Assembly (NCBI RefSeq): GCF_964204645.1
Contig: NC_134034.1
Coordinates: 11,234,962 to 11,298,961, forward strand
From: Tubulanus polymorphus
Lineage: Eukaryota; Animalia; Nemertea
Direction: 5' to 3'
DNA: 64,000 nt
The notes beneath the pieces were generated by a model. It had not been told where the DNA came from, did no database searches, and worked only from the letters and a program-made list of their open reading frames with translations. Below, piece after piece: positions 53,717-64,000 of the stretch. A program made the translations under genes and the position numbers. How positions within the stretch are numbered: the first letter of the stretch is position 1; every line of letters begins with the position of its first letter.

Positions 53717-55565
53717 TTGAGTCTAAACGTCACTACTCTCTTAGTTTTAAAAATGGCTCATAGAATTGAGTCTAAACGTCACTAATCTCTTAGTTTTAAA
53801 AATGGCTCATAGAATTGAGTCTAAACGTCACTACTCTCTAAGTTTTTGAAAATGGCTCATAGAATTGAGTCTAAACGTCACTACTCTCTTAGTTTAGAAA
53901 ATGTCTAATAGTATTGAGTCTAAACGTCACTACTCTCTTAGTTTTGAAAATGGCTCATAAATTAAAAATTGAGTCTAAACGTCACTACTCTCTTAGTTTT
54001 GAAAATGGCTCATAGAATTGAGTCTAAACGTCACTACTCTCTTAGTTTAGAAAATGTCTCATAGAATTGAGTCTAAACGTCACTACTCTCTTAGTTTAGA
54101 AAATGTCTCATAGAATTGAGTCTAAACGTCACTACTCTCTTAGTTTTGAAAATGTCTCATAGAATTGCGTCTAAACGTCACTACTCTCTTAGTTTTGAAA
54201 ATGTCTCATAGAATTGCGTCTAAACGTCAATACTCTCTTAGTTTTGAAAATGTCTCATAGAATTGAGTCTAAACGTCACTACTCTCTTAGTTTTGAAAAT
54301 GTCTCATAGAATTGAGTCTAAACGTCACTACTCTCTTAGTTTTGAAAATGTCTCATAGAATTGCGTCTAAACGTCACTACTCTCTTAGTTTTGAAAATGT
54401 CTCGTAAAATTGAGTCTAAACGTCACTACTCCCAGAAAATGTCTCATAGAATCGAGTCTAAACGTCACTACTCTCTTAGTTTTGAAAATGTCCCATAGAA
54501 TTGCGTCTAAGCGTCACTACTCTCTTAGTTTAGAAAATGTCTCATAGAATTGCGTCTAAACGTCACTACTCTCTTAGTTTTGAAAATGGCTCATAGAATT
54601 GCGTCTAAACGTATATACTCTCTTAAAAATGGCTCATCGGAATTGAGTCTAAACGTCACTACTCTCTTAGTTTTGAAACTGTCTCATAGAATTGCGTCTA
54701 AACGTCACTACTCTCTTAGTTTAGAAAATGTCTCATAGAATTACGTCTAAACGTCACTACTCTCTTAGTTTTGAAAATGGCTCATAGAATTGCGTCTAAA
54801 CGTATATACTCTCTTAAAAATGGCTCATCGGAATTGAGTCTAAACGTCACTACTCTCTTAGTTTTGAAACTGTCTCATAGAATTGCGTCTAAACGTCACT
54901 ACTCTCTTAGTTTAGAAAATGTCTCATAGAATTGCGTCTAAACGTCACTACTCTCTTAGTTTTGAAAATGGCTCATAGAATTGCGTCTAAACGTATATAC
55001 TCTCTTAAAAATGGCTCATCGGAATTGAGTCTAAACGTCACTACTCTCTTAGTTTTGAAACTGTCTCATAGAATTGCGTCTAAACGTCACTACTCTCTTA
55101 GTTTAGAAAATGTCTCATAGAATTGCGTCTAAACGTCACTACTCTCTTAGTTTTGAAAATGGCTCATAGAATTGCGTCTAAACGTATATACTCTCTTAAA
55201 AATGGCTCATCGGAATTGAGTCTAAACGTCACTACTCTCTTAGTTTTGAAACTGTCTCATAGAATTGCGTCTAAACGTCACTACTCTCTTAGTTTTGAAA
55301 ATGTCTCATAGAATTGCGTCTAAACGTCACTACTCTCTTAGTTTTGAAAATGTCTCATAGAATTGCGTCTAAACGTCACTACTCTCTTAGTTTTGAAAAT
55401 GTCTCATAGAATTGCGTCTAAACGTCACTACTCTCTTAGTTTTGAAAATGTCTCATAGAATTGCGTCTAAACGTATATACTCTCTTAGTTTTGAAAATGG
55501 CTCATCGGAATTGAGTCTAAACGTATATACTCTCTTAAAAATGGCTCATCGGAATTGAGTCTATA
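53717..55565 (+). repeat. 49-bp satellite array 5 with a 191-bp higher-order repeat
   Basis: About 38 monomers. Identical or near-identical ORFs start at 54550, 54932 and 55123 (spacing 382 and 191). Confidence 0.97.
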
Positions 55566-56295
55566 TACTAGACGTCACCCGTTCCTTAGATCGTAATCGA
55601 AATGTCAAATACTCTGTTAATTTTTCCTCAGTTTTGGAAAAGGCTTAAAACAGATTTAATTTCATCTTGTTAAACAGTAAAAAGAAAATCGAATTTAGAT
55701 ATTACTTTTTCAAGGCCACGCGTAATCTAATAGAATGAAATACTAATTTTGAAAATCATAATGCCCTCGTCTTAGGGATGGAAATAATTTCTACGTTTGA
55801 AATCTGTTATTTCCGATAATTGCAGCGTGCATTGAACAGCGGCGGTTTGTTTTACGCGGCGCAGTGGTTGGCATAGGAGAAAATTTCGAGAGATTTCATC
55901 AGCCGCACGAAACTAAAAATAGCGCTCCTTCCTCACATCATCGATGATAGTGATGATGATGATGATAGTGATGATGATCGCGTGAGTTTGATAACATTGA
56001 AAACATGCTCGACTAAAAAAATACATGCTCGACTAAAAAAAAACACGATGAATTCCGTTTGTGAGAATTCATCCACGATAGAACATGACATTGGCGCGTA
56101 CTACAAATACGCGGAGAGTTGGCGAGTCTAGCGCGGAATTTTCACTGAAAATCTACATTTCTTTTCGAGTTCGACGGATATTTGCGTTGCATTCAATTCA
56201 ACCTTTCTCATCGGTAGTCGTTGTCAATCCAGCGATGACTCAGTTTCAGAGTGAAGGCTCAAGTTTAAGACTATCAGCTCAGTCGAATAGCATCA

Positions 56296-56702
56296 TCGGT
56301 CTTAAGCCAATCCTACAATCTAACAACTTAAGACCGGTCTAAGCTCATTTTGGTTCTACAACTAATCTAACAACTTCGGGCCAGTCTAAGCTCATTTGAG
56401 TTCTATAACCAATCTAACAACTTAACCAGTCTAAGTCTACCAGTGACCAGTCTACGTTCATTTTGGTTCTATAACCGATCAAACAACTTAAGACCGGTCT
56501 AAGCTTATTTTGGTTCAATAACCAATCTAACAACTTAAAGACCAGTCTAAGCTCACTTTGGTTCCTTAACAAATCTAACGACTTTTAGAGCAGTCTAGGC
56601 TTTTTTGGTTCTATAGCCAATCTACTATTTTAAGAATGTAAGTCTAAGCTGATTTCGGTCCTATAACCAATCCAACAACTCGTCTCAAAGCCAGTCTTAA
56701 GC
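56296..56702 (-). repeat. Array of about 45-bp family B internal units
   Basis: About 8-9 copies of AACCAATCTAACAACTTAAGACCAGTCTAAGCTCATTTTGGTTCTAT. Confidence 0.85.
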
Positions 56703-58151
56703 TGATTTTCATTTCGAGTTAAACGTGAGACATTGATAGATTTGATACACGATGTTAAATACTGTATCCGCTGTCGTCGTTAACTACCCAAATCGTGTTC
56801 AGGTTGCGACGTATTTTTTTCTCGGGCGAAAAATTCCGGCGATATTGAAATGTAATTCATTGATTTATTTCGATTCTGATTGAATTTATGCCTGAACGCG
56901 TAAGCCCTCGATTTTTCCCTATCTCGCCGCCACCCAATCGACGACAAACCGACGACGGATTAGGCGCGAATTGCGGATGCTTTTTTTCTATTTCGGTCGT
57001 GAGGCGAACCTCTCGGCGGATCGATATCGACTTATTCAAACAGTATCTAATCATCGGTCACATGTGGGCAGTTTTCAAAATCTCGGAGTAGAAATAAATT
57101 AACTTCCTGAACTAACGCTGTCAGCGACCTAGTGTCCGTTCTAGTCGCTAGGGATCGTTTCAGCAGTGATGTGAGGTCACCAATATCTAATGCGTCCGTT
57201 CGATTTTTGTCATTTTGTCAATAGGGGTCGCCGCTGCTATGGCGGGAGTTCACCGAGAACTCTTCTCTCTATTTTTGTCACTAGGGGTCGCCAAAGCAGT
57301 CGTGGGGAGCTCGCCAATATATATATATATATCCCTTGTGTCGGTTTTTCATTGACACCAGGGGCCGCCACAGCTCTGAGAGATTTAGCAGATTATCTTA
57401 AGACAGTGTCAGTTCTAGTCGCTATAGTTCGCAACAGCAGTGAGCGCAGTTCACCAATAGTAGCCTTTTGTGCGTTCTACAATGACTGCTCTCCCGTCAG
57501 AGCCGTTTGGAGAGAGGGTTCACCGAGAACCCATTAGTTCATCGAGATTCTCAGTGGGTTTCGGCGGAAATTCGAAGAGGTTCGCGGATAAGACCCATCC
57601 TAAATATCGCACACGACGAAACCGTCGCGAACAATGGCCAAACCAAACATTAGAAATCAAACAACAATAGACGTCATTTTGTTCTACTTATTCGACCATG
57701 ACGTCTGCATCAATTCCAGACACAAACTCCGTTCGCTAAATGTTTATATTATTCATAATCTAATTAAGTTTCCCAGATATCTTAGAGAGATGGTTTTCTG
57801 TGAATGTTTTCCACGAGTTGTTTTGCCGACGCATTACCCTGACAGCGGTCGGTCGACCATTTCTCATGAACAGCAGTTACCCCCCGAGCGCCATTTGGGC
57901 CCCTGACTAAGAAAAATAATTCTTGAGACCATACTGATGTTAATCATTCCAACAACCCATTGATATTTCTATTACCGCTAAGTAGAATTCGGGTTTTGAT
58001 TTTTTTATTTGCCGTGAAATACTCGTCCCTGATTGTTTGTAGAGTTACCGATCAACACGAGCCGGGACCGCCAGATATATCAAATCAAATCAAATATCTG
58101 ATCGTTGTGATCAATCAGAACGTATCGATTATGGTATCGGAGAACCTCTTT

Positions 58152-58491
58152 CCTCTCTCCTCTCTCCTCTCTCCTCTCTCCTCTCTCCTCTCTCCTCTCT
58201 CCTCTCTCCTCTCTCCTCTCTCCTCTCTCCTCTCTCCTCTCTCCTCTCTCCCTCTCTCCTCTCTCCTCTCTCCTCTCTCCTCTCTCCTCTCTCCTCTCTC
58301 CTCTCTCCTCTCTCCTCTCTCCTCTCTCCTCTCTCCTCTCTCCTCTCCCCTCTCTCCTCTCTCCTCTCTCCTCTCTCCTCTCTCCTCTCTCCTCTCTCCT
58401 CTCTCCCCTCTCCTCTCTCCTCTCTCCTCTCTCCCCTCCCCTCCCCCTCTCCAATCTCCCCTCTCCCCTCTCCTCTCTCCCCTCTCCTCTC
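58152..58491. repeat. (CTCTCCT)n heptamer repeat
   Basis: Seen directly. Confidence 0.95.
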
Positions 58492-58783
58492 TGATCAGAA
58501 TGATCAGAACGAATCGATCATTGAATCAGATACCTCTATCCTCTTTCTCTGCTCTAATTGTCAAGGTTGCTGTACGGATTTTACGCGCCCAGTTCGAGTT
58601 CAATCACAGGTTTCGAGACATTGCAAGTAAATATTGATAGCCGCGCCACACAACACATGTCAAAACATCTCTCGACGTGTCACATCAGACAGTTACTGAT
58701 CACCAGATTCGGAAGATAAATAACCTGTAATAGGGATGTTGCACAGGCCGCTGAAAATATGCTTTTGAATAGGTCGAGAATAT

Positions 58784-59160
58784 GAGAGGGAGGGGGGAGG
58801 GAGGGAGTGAAGGTGAGAAGGAAAGAGAGGGAGGGATAGAGAGAGGGAGAGAGAGAGGGAGAAAGGGAGAGAGGGAGAGAGGGAGAGAGGGAGAGAGGGA
58901 GAGAGGGAGAGAGTGAGAGATGGAGAGATGGAGAGAGGGAGAGAGGGAGAGAGGGAGAGATGGAGAGATGGAGAGATGGAGAGATGGAGAGATGGAGAGA
59001 TGGAGAGATGGAGAGAGGGAGAGAGGGAGAGAGGGAGAGATGGAGAGATGGAGAGATGGAGAGATGGAGAGATGGAGAGATGGAGAGATGGAGAGATGGA
59101 GAGAGGGAGAGAGGGAGATAGCCGGGGAGAGAGTGAGAGAGGGAGAGAGTGAGAGAGACT
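58784..59160. repeat. (GAGAGGGA)n/(GAGATGGA)n octamer repeat
   Basis: Seen directly. It explains ORFs 58680 and 58693. Confidence 0.95.
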
Positions 59161-60854
59161 AGGGGTGGATGAAATGGAGAGATGCATACGGAATGGAAAG
59201 CGGAAATTTGTGCTAGAAGATTTTTGCATTCCATTCCGCTGGTAGAAAATCAACCTTTTTCTTCGAGATTCTAAAATATCTTTTGATAAAATCATGTCCA
59301 CGTCACGCGCTCTTCCCGGTAACGAGTCCGCAGTATACGAGTCGAACGCGGCGCAACACGACCGACCGATTGACTGTACGCGACCGCCGAGACCACGACG
59401 ACGTAATTGGAAAGTAATCCATCTCGAACTGTGGCGAACAGAATATCCGGGGTTCGTCTGCTTCAAAACGAGGTTTATATTGATTAATACGCGTGTCACT
59501 CGACCACGAGCAGTAATTTGTCTTCTGCAGCCGCTCGAGAACTTAGTTCCCGCTAAAAACTTGCTTTTAACTGAAAGGAATTGTCTGCATCCCCTATTTT
59601 GTCTTGTTTGAGTTGACAGTTTCCGTGAAACCGGAGATTTCACCTCCCGCCGTACTGTGCGCAGTGTACGCCCTAAAACGGTCGGATACCAACCACTGTG
59701 GCAAATGTGAAGGTCGTCAGTTTTGTGACGGCATTTTTTTCTCGACGAATACAACGTCCTTGGCATTTACATTGAAACTGTCACCGAATATTTTGAGTCG
59801 TTTTGTGTATAGAGTTGCTAGATATATCTTTAATAGACCGGGGGTTGCACAGTCATGACTTAGATTTAAGACCAGTCTCAGAGATTGGTTCTATAATCAA
59901 TCTTACAACTAAATACAAGTCTTATGGGGTTTAAGACCACTTTTGTAGTTGAGTCCCGACTATGCAACTAGATCCTGCCGGTCCCAAGTCTAGGTGTCCT
60001 CAAACTCAAAACTAACGAGCAGCGAAGGTCCAAAGGTTTCGGTTTTCGAATGTTTTTAAGTTTTTATCATGACAATGTCAAAGACACACCTTCTAAACCG
60101 TGCTCAGGTTCTCTAACCCTGGCCACAAAACCTGTCGGAGAAAATGTAAAATTCTATGCGCTCAGAAACCGCCGTAGAAAAGAATGCAAGCATCACACTT
60201 AGAATACAAAAAAGACATGGTTTTTATTTTAGTTGTAAGTTATTCAACGTTGCGACTAATAGTCATCTGAAATGAAGCCTAATGCAACATTTCGGATTTC
60301 CTTTTAAAGGCGTGTAGGGATTTCACATAATTTCTATAAAACAAACGGATTCGGAGTGTTTCATCGTCAGTGGGTCACCGGAGATTAGAATTTTTTGACG
60401 CGATATTTTCAACCACGGCGAGAAGCGAGTACATAGCACATTCCGGTCACGTGTCACTTCCTGTGCGGTGTATTATGATGTCGTCTGTCGAATGCGACAC
60501 GATCATCGTACGCAATTATTTCATGAAAACATTACGAGCCGCGATCAGAACGCGTGTCGACAAATATTACTGATAGGAAAATAGGTTGACAGCCTCCTTA
60601 AAAATATATCACCTACAAATTGGAAGCCGGGTTGAAGTATCCTCAATCGCTGCCAGTAGTGGTTAACCGTAATATTTGGATAGGGATTATTGGACGGACA
60701 ATTAGTGTTACCCTCCTTGTCACGCACTGTCAATACATGACTAGAACGTATTACCGATCGAACAGTTTAGTTAGCGCAGGGGGGGGGGGGTTACCCAGCC
60801 CTCTAGAATTAAGACCCGGCACTACGATTGGTGAAGTCAAAAGGGATTTGTGAA

Positions 60855-60882
60855 GGCGGCCATCTTGTTCCAACCGGAAGTG
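60855..60882. promoter_or_regulatory. YY1-like (GGCGGCCATCTT) plus ETS (CCGGAAGTG) motif pair
   Basis: Adjacent consensus motifs about 1.9 kb upstream of the signal-peptide exon, with CCAAT nearby and a possible donor AAG|GTAACA at about 60972. Confidence 0.35.
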
Positions 60883-61439
60883 AAGAATGCAATGGTCCAA
60901 TAGAAATAGGTTTATCAAAACAACACAATAATATTATATAAATTAGATCCAGAAACATCTTTTCCAAGTGAAGGTAACATTCACTCGCTTCTTGGTCATA
61001 GTAACTCGCCACCTGGTGACGGTTATTCACCTCTTTTTAATTGTTTCACAGCGAGTATTTTTTCATCGTCTCATCCAATTCTCTCCGATTCTCGCGATAT
61101 TTCGTGTGAATCTGCGCGTAATTACGTATTTTCACATCGAACACCGTCGCGTCGTATCCCGCATGCTGCAGGTTTACAGAATCGACGAGTTTTTACACGT
61201 TTCAGGTCACTCGGCAATTGGCTCCTAATTTATTTGCAGCGTACTTTTTCTATCCACTCTATCCACTCTATCCACTCTATCCACTCTCCCCACTGTCGCT
61301 TCACGCCATCAATGAACTCGATCTCAGTCAGTGATTAGTTGCAGTTGTTGTTATGCAATGGCGTTAGTTTCTCTTCTCATTTACGTGGATCTTGGTTCTG
61401 AGCTCATTCATGGTTGTTTTAAGGACCGGATTCTCAATC

Positions 61440-61665
61440 AAACAGTTCCACAGTTCAACACCGGTTCCACATTTCCACAGTTCAGAACCTGGCTCCCCAT
61501 TTCCACTTACCCATAGGTCAACACTGGCTCCACGTTTCCACAATTCAGAACCATGCACGTTTCCACAGTTTAGGACCGGATCAATTAGTTCCTCAGTTCA
61601 ACGCCGATTATGCGTTGCTATCTGTTCAGAACCGGGTTTCACAGTTTATTGACCCGTTCCACAGC
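61440..61665 (+). repeat. Degenerate cluster of GTTCCACAG units
   Basis: Repeated family A TIR core. Confidence 0.6.
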
Positions 61666-62792
61666 CCGTGTTTACGTTACAATATAGTTACATTAGTTCA
61701 GTCAGAAATCTTAAACCGGGTCTATAGGTCTTGTATATACGCCTGAAGCCAGTTCCACAGTTCTGGACCCAGATCCAAGTTTCAGATTTGAAATATGACT
61801 CTAAACATTGAAGAGAAACATCGAAAAGCTTAACGCTACAGCTTCAAACTGTGGAACTGTATTCTGCTGCTGACATTTTCAAAATTCTACAGTCAAATTT
61901 CCACGCTATCCTATTGTGTTATTCAGCAGCGGATATCCTGCGTTTATCGATCGACACACAGTTCCTTAGAGGCTTCCGTGACGATTTCAGTCAATATTAA
62001 TTAAAACAGGGACTCGAGAAATTGTTGTTGTTAGCAAAACATGACTTAAAGAGTCCTCGAACTGTAAACCCGTTCACAATCGTGTTGTGTATCAATGCGC
62101 GCGCACGTATCATCGCCGCTAACCAGTAACCGAATAACGCCTGTAATCAACGCGTCTTCCTACGCCGTCGCGTGTAGTTACGCTATCGTCAGCAATAGTC
62201 AATCACGGTTCCTGAGTCTCTCGCCAGTTCAAGACGGTGGTACCGCGCGTCGCGTATTCAACAGTGTGGCAGACACGCCGTCGTTACAGGTTCATCTGGA
62301 CACGATTAATACTCCTGAGTGGACGTAAATTCAAAAACTTCAAAACGCCTGCGTCGAAAGAAAACTATCACTGGAACGTCGACAACAGCGACAAGCTGGT
62401 CAAAACAAGAAATATCGTTGATTGAGAAAACTTTTCTCAAAAACTTCTTTACTTACCGATAAACTGTTCATTTCGCGAGCTATGTTACTGCGTCACTGTG
62501 TTTCTTAAACGAACGGCTGAAATTGTGAACGAAATATTCTGAGATAATTGAATTTTCAAACTTTTCCGTTCGATTCTTCAAGTCGGATTTTCTCTCGTTC
62601 TGCCGACTGGCGATCACGTGTCTTTCGTCGGTGTTCTCGTGACCGGAAATTAATTCGCAGACTACCGAAATTAATTAGACTCCGGAGATACGATCTACTG
62701 AAAATTAAACTCGCTATATTTCTTGCGTATCGCGTCGCAACGAATGGGATAAACTTATTTCGACTTGTCATGAGTTTGACGGTTAACGAGAC

Positions 62793-63156
62793 ATGGCGAA
62801 ATTCGAGGAAGTTTTGAAAGTTTTTCTGGTCCTGTCGACGGGGATTCTAGGCGCGAATTGCGCGGCCTTGAACTCGAATTCATCCGTTAGAATATCCGAG
62901 CTAGATCCGGGACTAGGATTGACTCGAGCGGACGGTGTTCCGCCGATAAATCGGCGCGCGCAGCGAGACTCACCCTCGTTATCGTCGTCGTCGTCTGCCA
63001 CGAACGGGAATAATTACGACGACGAGCGACCCCTAGCGGCGGTCGTCGAAAACTCGACCGTCCCGACGCCCGTCGCCGTCGTACGGAAAACGACGACGTC
63101 GTTGAATTGCGACGAGAAAACGCGTCAGATCTCGGAGGAAATACGCCGTAAACTAG
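62793..63156 (+). CDS. First coding exon of a secreted or membrane protein (signal peptide), possibly a class B GPCR N-terminus
   Basis: ATG in an ACATGG context, then a hydrophobic VLKVFLVLSTGILGANCAA segment, N-glycosylation sequons NSS and NST, a furin-type RAQR site, a Ser/Thr-rich stalk and ...LNCDEKTRQISEEIRRKL(G). The exon ends at a phase-1 donor TAG|GTAAGA, and composition switches to AT-rich after it. Confidence 0.72.
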
Positions 63157-63439
63157 GTAAGACATTCCGCCCTCCTCCTACAGAATCTATATACTTACGT
63201 TAGATTAGAGATTGATTGATTGTTTGTAAAAAAAAACACGATTGAATTAATATCGTACTCTTCATCGCTCCCCACATCCTCCCCTTTCTCTCGTTCCCCA
63301 TCACCCTCTCCCTTTCCCTCGCTCGCCATCACCCTTTCCCTTTGTCTCGCTCCCCCACCATGCTCCCCCTCTCCCTTTTCTTACTACCCATGAACATTTC
63401 CCCTTCTCTCGCTCCCCTTTTTTTACAGCCAGCTCTCAT

Positions 63440-63762
63440 CTCTCCCTCTCTCCCTCTCTCCCTCTCTCCCTCTCTCCCTCTCCCCCTCTCCCTCTCTCCC
63501 TCTCTCCCTCTCTCCCTCTCCCCTCTCTCTCTCTCCCTCTCTCCCTCTCTCCCTCTCTCCCTCTCTCCCTCTCTCCCTCTCTCCCTCTCCCCTCTCTCCC
63601 TCTCCCTCTCTCCCTCTCTCCCTCTCTCCCTCTCTCCCTCTCTCCCTCTCCCCTCTCTCCCTCTCCCTCTCTCCCTCTCTCCCTCGCTCCCTCTCTCCCT
63701 CTCCCCTCTCTCCCTCTCTCCCTCTCCCCTCTCTCCCTCTCCCCTCTCTCCCTCTCTCCCTC
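63440..63762. repeat. (CTCTCTCC/CTCTCC)n repeat
   Basis: Seen directly. Confidence 0.95.
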
Positions 63763-64000
63763 TTACTGTGTATCCGTTGTAACTGGGGACGTGATGCATT
63801 ACGATACAAACATCCAAACATATCGTGACGTAATGATAGATGGTATTTAGCGAAAAACGAAAATTCGGAACTTTGAATAGATTTCAAATTGAACGGATTG
63901 TCAACGTTTCGATATTTTCAGCGTCGTGATTGTGGGGCGTATTTAACTCCGAGACTTTCATTGCGCGAGATTCCACCTCAATATGTGATTGTATTACGTA

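Noticed and set aside
58680-59766. 357-aa and 184-aa minus-strand ORFs
   Set aside because: Their length comes from the GA octamer repeat, and the unique part has no recognisable domain.

Overview
This is eukaryotic, most likely invertebrate animal, genomic DNA. It is repeat-rich, CpG is not visibly depleted, canonical GT-AG splice signals are present, and there is no operon structure, CRISPR array or long genuine ORF. Nearly all ORFs in the supplied track are spurious read-throughs of microsatellites and minisatellites. The window reads as the 5' portion of a large-intron gene (or two adjacent genes) on the + strand. There are several candidate 5'/first exons with consensus donors (ending at 5699, 19936, 35429 and 35635), a well-bounded 181-nt coding exon (41510-41690) whose peptide resembles the first-cysteine helix of a class B1 (secretin/calcitonin-type) GPCR ectodomain, and a signal-peptide-bearing coding exon (62793-63156) that ends in the same way. 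The window also holds one tRNA-Val(AAC) gene with an atypical body, five arrays of a 49-bp satellite, several MITE families (some with CWG target duplications, Harbinger-like), arrays built from MITE termini, L2/CR1-type LINE 3' ends, SINE-like remnants and many simple repeats. The best lead is a possible alternative-N-terminus architecture for a class B GPCR. This is an inference, and the downstream exons needed to test it were not found in the window.
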